64,000 nt of DNA, taken from contig NIVC01000249.1 of the NCBI GenBank assembly GCA_002269645.1, positions 186,001 to 250,000 of the forward strand. Reading direction: 5' to 3'. Position 1 is the stretch's first letter. Every line of letters begins with the position of its first letter. The position numbers and the translations under genes are program-made. The notes under the pieces are model-generated. The model did not search any database. It was given only the letters and a program-made list of their open reading frames with translations, and was not told the origin of the DNA. Shown here piece after piece: positions 1 to 13,136 of this stretch. The DNA comes from Macrostomum lignano. Its lineage: Eukaryota.

Positions 1-176
1 TGTTTCTGGAGTTTTCATTCAAGGTTGGTGTTTTATTTTTAAGTAAACTAACTGCTTCGATTTCTTCTATCTTTCCTATCTTCATTTGTATGAGCATTCA
101 GCTTCAGTTTTCACTTTCGCAACAAAAAATCCGAAAAAATAGGATTACTTAAATAATTCTACTTAAGGTACTTAAG

Positions 177-3100
177 GTTCGTGCCAAACTGCACTTGATG
201 CTCGGACTCTCATCGAGTCCATCCACCTGAATGCCACCAAATCCCAATTCTCATCGGGTCCTCAAACGCCTGAAACAACTTTGCAGAATGCCATTGCGGA
301 CCTCATGACGCAGCGGGCCATCAGCATCCCGTCTCAGCAGCGACGCCGCGCCGGAGGCGGACAGGCCGGCAACGCCGCGACCATCCGACCAAGTCGTCGG
401 GCCCGAGAAGCTGCCGCGGCCGCTGCCGCTGCGGCAACCGCCACCGAAAAGGCGACGCTCGGTAGCGGAGTCGACGGCGTTGGCGTTGGCGGTCAGGTTC
501 CGGAAGACGACTCCCATGGAAAAGCCTCGGAGGCGGCTGCCGGCGACGCATCGGCTGCTGGCGAGGAGCGCGAGCTCGGTAGCCTAACTGAAGAGGATGG
601 CGATGATGAGGCCTATGACGAGGAAGCGGAGGCTGATGAGGAGCTGAGAGCTCAAGAAGAGGAGGCCGAATTCAAAGATGCCATCAAGACGGCCCTGATA
701 TCGGCCAGTGAGTTTTACTTCAGTCACATTAGATTGGCATTTAGTAGTCACCGCTTTTTTATGTGGATGAAAAAAATTTACACGATTGCAGTTACCAAGA
801 CTGCTGGCGACACGGATGCATCGGACTCCGGTGCCAACGAAGACATTGAGATGCCAGACGAAATTTTAGAGATGCTGGCCGCTCCCGGCTCGAGCGGCCT
901 GCAGCCGACCGATCTGGTAGTGGTGATCGACCCGCAGACCGGGCGCCGGGTGATCAGCACCAAGGAGCGGCTGGTGCAGCAGGCGATGGCCGACGCCCAG
1001 GCCGATCCCGAGGCGGCGCTGGCGCAGATGCAGGCCACAGCCAGTCAGTCGCAGCTGTCTCCGCTGTCTCCTAGTCAGCAGCAGGAGCAGAAAACTTCTG
1101 GCGGCGAAAAATCTGAGAAGCAGGCCAAGCCAAAAGAAGCCTTTAGAGTTCGTGAGTGCAGCTTATCTATTTTACGAGTGCTTGACTTCGATTCCATATT
1201 TTGGGGACAGACACGAGAACTATACTTGATTCGAGTCATTGGGATAAATACAAATGCATCCTTTGAATTCACTCCACAGTATCCTTAAAAACCGAATGCT
1301 GTCTAATTTTAGCCCGAGTCGTGCACAAAGACAGCGTACAGTCAGTCTTCACTGGAGGCGTTAGCCGCGAAGGTAAGTCCGCCTTATATTTATTTATACC
1401 AAATTTCCGCTTTTGAGAGCACCTCTGCCCAATATCTTCATGAATTCTCTTCAGCATCAAACGTAGAGGAACTAACTCTGCCGCGGATACCGTCGAACTT
1501 AGTCAGGGCTGGTGAGTTGGAAAATCGCGGGATACCTTTCTAGTTTGAGCATTTCTGTACTGAAAACGCAACATGGCAACTCGAACATTTCCAATCACCA
1601 GCAGCCGCGGAAGCAGCTGCAGAGCCTGGCAGAAAGGCCGATGCCAAGACCCGCCGACTCAAGCCGTCTAAGAAGAAGCCAGCAAAACAGGCGCCAGCTG
1701 CGGCGGCTGAGGCGCCCAAAGTATCGGAGGACAAGAAGACTGGCAAGAAGAAGGCCGCAGGCAAGAAAGCTGCCGCCGCGGCCGCTGCCGCTGCCAGTCA
1801 GAAAGAGTCCATCGCCGAGGGCCCTGTTCAACAAGAAGTGGAGGCTGAGGCGCGTCCGGAGGAAGAGATGAGCTTCGTTAGAGTTGAAGAGTACTTTTCA
1901 GACGAAGATGGTGAGCATGTTCGAATCGTTACATCTCAAAGTAAAGTTGGTTCGATGAGCCAATTTAAAGCTTTTCGAAAGTCTCTGAGAATTCGTTGCG
2001 TAAAAAATCTCCCTGTAACTCTTACGGAACGTCTGAGAAAAAATTACCACTATTTAGCCACTTTTTAATAATTTTGCTATGTGCACGTTATTGAAAATGT
2101 CAAACTTTCACTTGAATTAATCCTCTCCTCAGGTGCGAATCGCGACCCCACAACCATGATGGCCGCCGATGACGATGCCAGCGCAGCAGGCAACAGCAGC
2201 AGTCTATTCCCGCCTGGCACTGATGTGGGCGGTGACGATGAGGTCGAAGCCGAGTTCGAGCGCCAGCTGCAGGAGCAGATGCGCCGCATGAGCGTTAAAG
2301 AGCAGCGCGAACTGCGGCGTCGAGCTGATGCAGAGCGGCGTCGGCGGGAAACTGAGCGGCGCCGAAGCGAAGCTGCAGAAAAACGACGCCGCGATCAGGA
2401 GGCGGCGGAGCGCCAAGCCCAAATGGAGCAGGAGATGGAGGCCGAGAGGCTGCGCAAAGAGGAGGAGGTGCGGGAACGGCGCCGACTCGAGCGGGAGGCG
2501 CGCGAGCGCGCAGAAGCGGAGGCGGAAGCGGCGGAGCGGCGCGAGCGGCTGGCGAAGGACCGCGAGCAGCGGGAGCGGGAGAATTTCATGCGCAAATTGC
2601 AGGAAGCTCGCCGCTTGAAGGAGGAAGAAGAGGAAAGACGGCGATGTGAGCTGCTTGTTTATACTCGTACCTGTTTATACTGATAGAGTTAACCTACAAC
2701 CCTCAAATCCCAGTCGGTAATGCATCTTCACGTGAAAAATAAAACACAATCCACAGACGAAGAGATGCTGAGACAAGAAGAAGAAGAGCGCCTCCGCCAG
2801 GAAGAGGAGGCCCGTCTAGCGGAGATGGAGGAGCAGGAGAGGCTGGAGTACCTGAGGCGCAAGGCCGAGGAGGAAGAGCAGCGCCGTCGCGAGGAGGAGG
2901 AGGAGCGGTACGAAGTTAATAAAACACGCACAGAAATGTTGAAGTGAAAACATCTAATAACAAATTTCACACAACTCAAATCACGTAACTGGATCTAGAG
3001 AGTTTCACACAGAAACCCATTGCCAACAGTGAGCAACCTCAGTGACAAACCCCATTGCTAACAGTGAGCAACCTCAGTGACAAACCCCATTGCTAACAGT

Positions 3101-3820
3101 GAGCAACCTCAGTGACAAACCCGATTGCCAACAGTGAGCAACCCGAGTGGCAAACCCCATTGCCAACAGTGAGCAACCCGAGTGGCAAACCCCATTGCCA
3201 ACAGTGAGCAACCCGAGTGGCAAACCCCATTGTCAACAGTGAGCAACCTCAGTGACAAACCCGATTGCCAACAGTGAGCAACCCGAGTGGCAAACCCCAT
3301 TGCCAACAGTGAGCAACCCGAGTGGCAAACCCCATTGCCAACAGTGAGCAACCCGAGTGGCAAACCCCATTGCCATCAGTGAGCAACCTCAGTGACAAAC
3401 CCCATTGCCAACAGTGAGCAACCCGAGTGGCAAACCCCATTGCCAACAGTGAGCAACCCGAGTGGCAAACCCCATTGCCAACAGTGAGCAACCCGAGTGG
3501 CAAACCCCATTGCCAACAGTGAGCAACCTAAATGAAAAACCTTATTGCCAACATGGTCAACTACCGACAGGCTACGCCAGGAGGCGGAGGCCAAGAAGGC
3601 GCTAGAAGAGGCGCGCCGTCTCGCAGAAGAGCTGGCCGCAGTGCGCGCCGCCGAGCTCGCCAGGCGCCGATTCCAGCGCTCGCTGCGCGTAGAGAAGGCC
3701 GGCCAGGAGCGCTACCTGTCCGTGACGCGGGCTTTCGAGTTCAGCTACTTCCAACTGCTCAAGTGGATCGGCGTGGACTTATCAAAAGCGGTGAACGCGT
3801 CAAAGGCGGGCAAAGCGTAA
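177..3820 (+). CDS. KIAA2012: KIAA2012/DUF4670-like Glu/Arg-rich coiled-coil protein, 5'-partial, multi-exon
   Basis: Exons splice in frame at GT-AG sites: ~177-707, 792-1151, 1313-1372, 1455-1511, 1602-1910, 2133-2645, 2757-2907, 3571-3820 (TAA). The E/R-rich coil ends ...EKAGQERYLSVTRAFEFSYFQLLKW, resembling the recalled KIAA2012 C-terminus (..QNISRPWVYSYFQFL). Confidence 0.7.
3012..3528. repeat. Intronic minisatellite, ~35-nt unit CCCCATTGCCAACAGTGAGCAACCCGAGTGGCAAA
   Basis: About 15 near-identical tandem units in the last intron of the KIAA2012-like gene. Confidence 0.95.
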
Positions 3821-4197
3821 TTGTCACTTCTGAAGTCCCCAAGAAATTAATCAAAAACGTACTGTAGTAGATTTCTGTCTATTTTCTTTTGTACTTTTCT
3901 TCTGTGTATTCGCTATTTAATGGTTGGTTCGCATCGCTGCCCTTTATTTAAAACTCTAACAGTTAAATGAAAAGCAGAATGTCTTTCCAATTCAACCGTG
4001 TACTTTTATATCGAAGCTAAAATTGTTATAATGCTTTGTTTCATTCAAACGCCTGTGTTATATTGTTATCATAAATATACTAAAAGTGTGCCAGAATTGT
4101 TTTTTGCTTGTTGTAAACTGCATGCGAATGTACGTGAAAAATGCTACTGAAAACTGCCAGGCATTAATTTGTTTAATTTTATAAATATACGGAGAGA

Positions 4198-4307
4198 ACG
4201 GAGAGAACCTGGCGTGGAAGTGGAACTCCGGCCACTGCAACTTTCCTGGTGAGTTTTTCTACTACCTTTATTCAGGTGACACCTCAGCTCGGTGAGTAAC
4301 TGGACAA
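4198..4307 (+). repeat. Displaced ~110-bp duplicate of the CAP gene 1 exon1/intron1 junction
   Basis: Matches 5341-5450 with one visible mismatch and includes the GTGAGT donor. Confidence 0.9.
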
Positions 4308-4940
4308 CAAAATTAAAAAACCGCCACCTTTGAGACTGCGCAGTAAATTCCAGCTCAGTCTTGACTTTTGAGGGACGCAACTTGCGTCACGCGACGCAGG
4401 GTTGGGCTGGGTACGGAGGGATTGGGAAGAGTGGAGGGGGCGAAGATTGGATGGATTGAAGCTGCCGCCTGGTTTTCATTGTTTTTCTCAATTTGTTAAT
4501 ATCAAAATTAATTGCCAGGTGACAGACCGTAGTCGAAAGGCACTGCTCACTGAGGCTGAGTATTTACAGAGACGATTTACCATGTTTACGAAACTATTAA
4601 ATTAGTTTGAGCTCAAAGTACTTCTCTCCTACATTGTCATCGACTCACCGACTTATGCTACACTGCACGAGATAAGCAGTGTTGGAGAGCAGTCTGCAAA
4701 AACGAAACGATTAGTCACATATAGCAATGGAGTAAAAATGATAAGCAAGTTGCCTACTCCCCCCCCCCGGGTTAGACTTTGGCAGCCAATCAGAGAGCTT
4801 GAAAAGCAGTCATGACTTAATGCATGGGGAGCCCCTTTGTGTTGGCAGTGCAAGCTGTGTTGATATAATAAACAAATTTAACTGCGATTGATTTTCTCAC
4901 TGCTGAGCTCTGAGTCAGTACCTGGTGCACAGAGACCACA

Positions 4941-6033
4941 ATGAACCAATCCAGCAAGCCCAAACAGCCAGCCAACGGCAGCACAGGAGTGAAAGCTGTC
5001 ACCAAGACCAACAACTCTGGATCAAAGCCAGCGACAAGCAATTCAACAGCCGCTGACAAAAACAACAACAAAAACAACAACAATAACAAACCTGCTGCTG
5101 CTCAAAATGCATCCAACGAAGCAGCCAGCGGTCAGGTGAAGCTGGTGACCCAGCCCCAGCCTCCACCCGCAGTCCAGCTGAGACCCTTCGACCAGCTGAT
5201 GCTGGACTCGCACAACTACTACCGGGCCCATCACAGCGCGCCGCCTCTAAAGTACTGCTCAATCATGGCCAAGCGAGCGCAGTACTGGGCTGACACCCTG
5301 GCATCCAAAAACAGCATGTACCACGAGCGGCAGACTTGGGACGGAGAGAACCTGGCGTGGAAGTGGAACTCCGGCCACTGCAACTTTCCTGGTGAGTTTT
5401 TCTACTACCTTTATTCAGGTGACACCTCAGCTCAGTGAGTAACTGGACAATGTCGGTGGGAGTTTAAAATCTCACTAGTGGGGACGTATTAAAAAATAGG
5501 CAGTTTTTGTAGAATAACTTCGTACAACTAAGTAAATTTCTTCATTTTAACCCCCCCCCCCAGCTACGGATTTTGTCAACATGTGGTACTATGAAGCTCA
5601 GCACTACCGGTTCCCGGGCACCGAACTTGGTGAGCTTGTCTTGCGTTCTTTTTTTGCATCTTTTTACTCGTAACTAAAACAAATTGTAACTTGTATACAA
5701 TGTATAGAAATTTCCTTTGCATTCCAGGTAAGATTAACAACGGAGGCAATTACATTACAGGTGAGAGAAAATGCTTTTCGTGCCAAGAGACAAAAGACAG
5801 CGCGAAAATGAAATGAGAACACTTTGCACGTTGCTTATTAACCCGCAGGTCACTTCTCTCAGGTTGTGTGGAAAAATTCCCAGCGCGTGGGATTCGGCCG
5901 CGCCGTGTCCAAGACTGGCCGGGTGTATGTTGTGGCCCGCTACCGACCGCCTGGCAACTTCGTCGGCTGGTTCAAAGCCAACGTGCTGCCGCCCAAGGAC
6001 GGAAAGCTGGCCGTGCGATTTCGGCGTCAGTGA
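4941..6033 (+). CDS. CAP/SCP-domain protein 1, GAPR-1/GLIPR2-like, no signal peptide
   Basis: Exons 4941-5391, 5564-5629, 5849-6033. Motifs HNYYR, GENLA, WY.E, GHFSQVVW, GFG, VVARYRPPGN. Confidence 0.9.
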
Positions 6034-7514
6034 AATGATATAACCTAAACTATGACGTCATCGTTGTCTTAAAAGGCCGCATGCATTTTATGTCGATCTT
6101 TTTCTTTTATGACCAATGTTAATTTTGATGATTTTAGCCCAAAAAATAAACTGCACAGACAACATACACTCGTATTTTATAATATTTATATCGACTATAT
6201 AATCGATATCTGAAAGATTTTCTCTCTATACTCTTAATCGAGTTTTTAATTGTATCTTGATCAGTCGAATCAAGTATTTAAATGTGTGAAAGTCAAAGCA
6301 TTTACAGACCCTATCAAGAAGCGTGAGAATATGAAAACTTGAAAATAAAATAAACCAGCTAACTATCAATGGCTAAGTCGTGCATTAAACTGAACTGTAC
6401 ATGGCTAGTGGATCATTCTTCCTATAATCACTGTACATCGGTCGCGTGAATCGATGGCAAAATTGGAGGGAGCTGGTCATTTTTTGTGGAGTTTATGAGC
6501 CGTACATGTTCTTGTGCCATTTTAGCACATCAATGTACATAGTACATAGAAATCGAGCCAATTAAATTCACCAATCAATGCGTACACATACTTTGTACAT
6601 GGCGGTTAAGGCGGCAGGTGCGAGCCGTTCAACCCCTGCAACGTCTTAATGAACTCTGGGCGCAAATTCAGCCAATCACAGCAATGCAATGCAGAAAGTT
6701 TTAGTCTACTTGTGCACAAAGGCTTAGTAACATATATTTTTATTCAGATCAATGTCTGCCTAGTGAAAATTGTTTTGCTACGAGTAATAAAAAACGCGAC
6801 CGGTGACTGCGCTCTGAAATGTCGTGCTGTTCGTTTTGGTAAGTTTTTCCTCGCTTGTTAAAATTTACCAGCAATCTGCGCCCCACTTAGGGTATCAATT
6901 TTCTTAAGCTACATGTATCTTTTGACCTTGTACAGTCACTATTGGTAGTTTCTGAAGGGAAAATTTATGCTAAAAGAAAAGCAGCTAGCTATCTACCCTA
7001 AGATTTCAGCCTCCCATTTGAGCTTTGGTATCAGAGCCTCCATTTAAGCCATGGCTTAACCCTGACTTTTCCTCTCCCTTTCATGCTTGACCTTCCAACA
7101 ACTCCCAATTGACCCTTGGCATCTCAGCAACCCCCCAATGAGCCACAGCGTTTTAGTTTCCAACCCTGAGCTCTGGCATCTCAACAATTCTTCACATGAG
7201 CTTTGACATCTGAGCAATTCCCCATGTGTCTTTTACGGTAGACATGACGAGTTTTACGAATATAATCCCCTTAGCATTGAGAAATTTCTTAGCCCAGACA
7301 TATGCACAGTTATCGAAAGATTTCTGATCTAACGATGAAAGTTTCTTAAAAATTGGTTGAGACAATCATCTTTAGTATAGTTCATGGATGGATTGGGCTT
7401 TTCCAAGCCTAGGCAGCTCGTAGCAGTACAAGTAAGTAAATGGGTAGTTTCTAAATGCTGCATATGCGTGAAAGCACAGAATGTCTGATTGCCAGAAATT
7501 CGTAACCGATTTAC

Positions 7515-9652
7515 ATGCCTCATCTCAACCCCAGCTGCCCATGGCGACACCAAGCGGCGATCGACTCTAAAAGTGAGAAGTCACCTGATATCGAGGCAAC
7601 CTCAACGTCCACATCAGGGGTCGCATTTGTCCAATCTAAAGACGATAATAACAACAAAATCAGAGATTGCTCAGTTAACGCACGGGATGTCGACGATAGC
7701 GTGATCATCAAGCAGCCGATGTGTGACCGCACCGTCGACATGGAACGGATGGCGCTCATGAGGTCGATGGTGGCTTCATCCAATAATTCGGACCACGTTG
7801 AAAAGTCATTTTCTTATCATAAGAATGATCACGTGAATGTGGCGGATTCCCAGTCAGTTCACGGCGAGATTTACGATGATTGTTCGAAGCTCGAAGAGTT
7901 GGACATGTCGGTTGACCTAAGGAACGAAATGGAGTTGCTGTCGGTTTCTGATCTGAGGAACATGCAGGAGACGGTACTATTCACAGAGGACAGCTACTCG
8001 AGGCTCTATCAGCCCTGCGAGTACGATTTCGGCAGTGAGAATGGCTTGAATCTAAGGCTAACAATTGACTTTGACGAAAAACCCGGACAGGACCTCTTAG
8101 ACTTGTTCCAGGAGGTGCTGAAGCAGCGGCCCGAGACGGGGCAAAGTCAAGAGACCGAAACATGTGTCCCTGAGTTGCTGACAGAAGAGGATCTAGAAAA
8201 ATTCGTAGAGGAGAAAATGGTTGAAGATACCGTGGAGGAGCTGAGCGCTCATGAAACAAATGAAGCTCTTGACTCAAAGCTGGAACAAGATCTTGAAATG
8301 CCGTCGGAAAAGGAGCAAAATGAAGAACTCCTGCAGTTACTGCTGACAGTCTACGAGCAAAGAATCAAGCAGGGACGGCAGAAGCCGACTTCGAGACCCA
8401 AGCAGCAGTTCAGACCGTACAAACGGATGCTGATGCCTACAATTCCACCTGTTGATGAGTCCCATGGGAGGCAGCTGAGCCCGTTCGAACAGCAAATGCT
8501 AGAGGCGCACAATTATTACCGCGCACGTCACAACACGCCGCCGTTGAAGCCCTGCCCGGAGTTGAGGCTGCGCGCCCAGACCTGGGCAGAGTACATCGCT
8601 CAGCGTGATCTTCAGCTGCTGGAGCACCAGGAGCTAGATGGCGTCAACTGGGGCTGCGTTGAGCTGCCAGAAGGATCCAATGAAGTTAATGGCAAGGACT
8701 ATTTTTTATCGCTACTACCTTGTGAATTTTGGAAACCATGCATTTGATCTATCAATGTGCTCAAATACACGCATTTTTTCAGGCGAGTTCTTCGTTAACG
8801 GTTGGTACAAGCAGTGCCAGCATTATGACTACCATGGACAAAAAATTCGTGAGGCTCAAAAACAGTTTTCTGACAAATATTTTGCTAATTATAGTGTACT
8901 TTTCTTGTGTCTTTATCAATGCTTCATCAAGCGTTTTTTGCACAATTTTAGTACAGACCAGCATTAATGATCCCAAAACTACAGGTAAGATGATTCATCA
9001 ATAAATTATACGCTTTAAATTTGCGAGAAAATGTGTCTCTAATTGACCAGATTGACTTTATATTCTCACTTGCCCACACAATCAACCAATCCATTTCAAC
9101 ACAATCCAACCCAATCCAACCCAACTTAACGCAACCCAACCCAACCCAACCCAACCCAACGCAACCCAACCCAACCCAACCCAACCCAACCCAACCCAAC
9201 CCAACGCAACCCAACCCAACCCAACCCAACCCAACCCAACCCAACCCAACCCAACCCAACCCAACCCAACGCAACCCAACCCAACCCAACGCAACCCAAC
9301 CCAACTCAACGCAACCCAACCCATTTGAACCCAACCCAACCCAGCTTAACCCAACCCAACTCAATGCAACCTAACCCAACCCAACCCTCAACTCGATCCA
9401 ATCCAACCCCATTGAAGCCAGCGTACACAAACTTCAACTCCAAACCACCCAAAAGCAGTGGTACAAAATTCAAAATTCCTATTACAAACCAACGCAGCGA
9501 ACTTCGAGCAGCTCATATGGAGAAGCAGCCAGCTAGTTGGATTCGGTCGCGCTGTCTCGGCATCGGGACGGGTGTTCGTCGTGGCCCGGTACCGCCCACC
9601 TGGCCGAGTATCTCGCGAGTACGAAACCAACGTGCTGCCGCCTGTAGGCTAA
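7515..9652 (+). CDS. CAP/SCP-domain protein 2 with ~320-aa acidic N-terminal extension and degenerate CAP motifs
   Basis: Exons 7515-8691, 8783-8848, 9498-9652. HNYYR, WY and VVARYRPPG are present; GENL is replaced by GVNW and GHFTQ by PNFEQ. Confidence 0.85.
9085..9420. repeat. (CCAAC)n pentanucleotide microsatellite, intronic
   Basis: Direct CCAAC/GCAAC repeats in intron 2 of CAP gene 2. Confidence 0.95.
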
Positions 9653-10074
9653 TAAATGGTCGCCTACGTCTGAAGTAGAAAATCACTTTACAAATACCTT
9701 GACGCTTAAAAATTTTAACATCCCTTGGATAGCGTTTTTATGTCGCCCGCTTTTCTGTCTATTAAATTTTTCTGCAAAAAGAGCATCTTCTATTGGACGA
9801 ATCCTTTTTCGGAAGGTTTATTCCAGACCTGATTGTCGCACAGGTATTCTTCTGACATTCTGTCTCTATAAAACTGCTTTGCAATTGAGCATTGTAATGC
9901 AATTCGTTATTTACACTCTGATTGTGGATAGACCTACATATACCTTAAAGCTACTATCAGTAGACTTGGAGCTTTTAATTGCGTTGAGATCAAGATTTGA
10001 GTACCTTCCTGTATGTAGGAGTAGAACTGTTGAAAAAACAACATAGTTTCAGTCGAGAAAAACATCCAAGCAAA

Positions 10075-10570
10075 ACATTTCCTTTGAAACTTCACAATGG
10101 CAATCCGGCCCGCTTAAGGTTTGTGGCTCTGCTCAGCTCTTTCTCTTCTCCATCTTTTCTCTCCCCTCTCCCTTCTCTTATTCTCTCCCCTCTCCCTTCT
10201 TTTATTCTCCCCTCTCTCTTCTCTTCTCCCCTCTCCCTTCTCTTCTTCTCCCCTCTCCCTTCTCTTCTTCTCCCCTCTCCCTTCTCTTCTCTCCCCTCTC
10301 CCTTCTCTTCTCCCCTCTCCCTCTCTTCTCTCTGTCTTTTTTCCCCTCTCCTCTCTCTTTTCCTCTTCCCTCTCTCCCTCTGCCTTCTCCTCTTCCCTCT
10401 CTCCCTCTGCCTTCTCCTCTTCTCTCCTCTTTCATCTTTTCTCTCATCCTATTCCCCGCCTCTCCTCTCTTCTCTCATCTTTAGTCTTCCATTCCCTTTT
10501 CCTTTCCACTCTGATCTGGCCCGCAGACAAGAGCTGAATTCCCTATCTGGCCCTCGAGGTAAAAAAATGT
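10075..10570 (+). mobile_element. Truncated copy of a hAT-type non-autonomous element with an internal CT tract
   Basis: Flanks of the CT-rich tract (TTGAAACTT..GCAATCCGGCCCGC..GTGGCTCTGCTCAGCTC; ATCTGGCCCGCAG..GGCCCTCGAGGTAAAAA) match the reverse complement of 46172-47001. TIRs are missing. Confidence 0.65.
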
Positions 10571-12744
10571 CTAGGTCGAGGTCTACGAGTATATGGGGGG
10601 GTTGCTGTCATGCCCTGAGCGCACAGGCGCCAGCGCGCACATCCAAAAGCACTGCATTTTTAACATTCTGTCAGGGGCGCAAACTTTTGACAAGGTCCGG
10701 CAGGAATTAGATCCACTGTTGGTTTGAGTATGACATCCCGAGTCACAAACACTTCGGGCTTGTTCACGCCATCAAATGAGCTATTAAATCGCTACTGGTG
10801 TACAAAGCGACGACACAGCGATTACGCAAATAATGGCCTCCTTTGATTGCGAGCTGTTCGACCCAGAGACGCTGGCCAGCTGTGTCTGCCATCGGCATCG
10901 TATCAGGGAATGTTTCAGGGAATTGAATAGTTGAACACTTTTGATGATGAGCACTGTTGACTTTGGCTGCTTTCATTTACCTGCGCGCTTTTGCCAAACA
11001 TTGACAGCGCCAGTACGCGCGCATGCCAACGTTTACCATTTTTGCGCGCTTTTCAGCCTTCCCGTCTTCCCTGTATTGGAAGTACAATTAGGAGTAGCAA
11101 TTCAGAATGCCAAATCCTCCAGTAAGCCACAGGCCTGGATTTACTCCTAGCTAACTCAAATCCTAAGTTGCCTTGAGGGGCAGCAAACTGTGTAATTTTT
11201 ATGTGCCGAAGCATTATCGATCGATCTTTGTTGGAAAACTGAATGTTGTAGAATTAAGCAGTGTAGTTAGTTGGTGCTTAAGCTATTGAAAAGTAATTTC
11301 AACAGCGAATAAAAGGAGTCTACTGGGTACCTACCTACCATTGGGCCAAAGACCGAAGACAATTGGACAAAACTTCAATAGCCATGCCATGATATCCACG
11401 CGATTATTATACCCGTAATTGTGAATTCAGGACCGGCGTGTCTTGATTGTCCCAGACACAGAGCACCGGCCCTCTAACTTCATGGACTTGTTTCTACAAT
11501 TCTACCCCTTCTCCCCTGACACTACGTTGATCTCTCTCGCCAATTGATTGTGTCTGGTCTGGTTTGGCGTAGCCGGGCTAGAGGGCAACCCATAAGTCCA
11601 TAGTTCAGAATAGTTCAGTAGTCCAGTAGTGGGAGCCTTTTTACGATAGATTAGATAGTAGTGAACGGGGGCGCGGATTTGGGGTGGTGGGGGCAGCACG
11701 CTGGAGTGTGCGTACATGTATGGACCACCGCGCTTTTGAGACTTTTTGTGAAGTCAAAATTGGCCACACGGCGCAATGTACATGTATGCTAGAATAAGGA
11801 GGAGAGGAGGTGGGTCGTCAACAGCGGGGTTTGGAGGTTGAGGTGGTTGGTCTATAAAGCGGAGGGGGGTGGGTGTGTGTGGCGGGCGACTTCAAATTAA
11901 ATTGCTCTTCCCATTGCTCTCCGCGCGCGCTGGCCTCTCGCAGGATCAACTATCATTGTTGGTATTGGCCGCTCTGTTTTATAGCAAGCCTTATCTTAAA
12001 CAGGCAGACACGAGTCCCGCCAACTCCTCTCATCGGAAGTTTAAATTGAAGCCGCAATTTAGCGCTGAAAGAAAGTTAAGGACATTTGAATAGCCAAACC
12101 AGAGGTATTAAATTCAATACCAATAACCGTTCCAAATTAAACCATGCTGTGCTGTGGAATCAAGTGAGAGATTTTTTACAATTTCTTTTAGTCTTATTAG
12201 CTTGCTCGACTTTGCTCTGTTTGTCTTTAACTGTGCAATCGTGCATTATTTCATACAGGAAGCTCGTTTTAACTCTCTGGATTCACATAGTCACCATTAA
12301 TTACTTTTGCTAGGGCAAGTAATCAATCTCAACTGTTAGGACCGGAAGCTTAGCCCTATAAAGTTTAGTTGGGGATTATACTGTGTATAAAGTTGATTTA
12401 TGATTATGAATTTTATGATATTGGCCTTTTTGTGCTAAATTTAAACAGAAGCTCTCCACAGGAGTCTAGACCGAGACCTGGACCAGACAGGACTCTCTTC
12501 TACGCCTCTCTTTATCTTTCTGGACTTTGCGAGTGCGTGCAGAAAACAGGAAATCAACAGGAAAACGAACTTCAATATATATTATGATATAATATATGCA
12601 TATATACGTTCGCCACACATTCTTAAAATGCGAGCTTATTATAATAAACTTGAAGCAATCTAGCAATACATATGCATACATTGCATACCATATTTTGGTT
12701 TCCCGCAATACACTCGCAACGCACGAAATCCCCCTGCTGTACAT

Positions 12745-13115
12745 GAATTTCCTCCTTCCTAAATTACACGGATCCCCCCCGCAGTTCACGAATTCCCCCG
12801 CAGTTCACGAATCCCCCCGCAGTTCACAACCCCCCCCCCCGCAGTTCACGAATTCCCCCCCCCCGAAGTTCACGAATCCCCCCGCAGTTCACGAATTCCC
12901 CCGCAGTTCACGAATTCCCCCCGCAGTTCACAAATTCCCACGAATCTCCCCCGAAGTTCACAAATCCCCCCGCAGTTCACGAATCCCCCGCAGTTCATGA
13001 ATTTCCCCTGCAGTTCACGAATTCCCCCGCAGTTCATGAATTCCCCCCCCCGCAGTTCATGAATTCCCCCCCCCGCAGTTCACGAACTCCACTCCAACGC
13101 ACAATTTACCCCGTG
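12745..13115. repeat. Minisatellite ~19-20 nt (GAATTCCCCCGCAGTTCAC)
   Basis: Tandem units immediately upstream of the CAP gene 3 acceptor at 13135-13136. Confidence 0.9.
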
Positions 13116-13136
13116 AATTCCCCCCGGCAACAACAG

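Noticed and set aside
281-1288. 335-aa ORF as a single-exon gene
   Set aside because: It reads through introns 708-791 and 1152-1312 of the KIAA2012-like gene.
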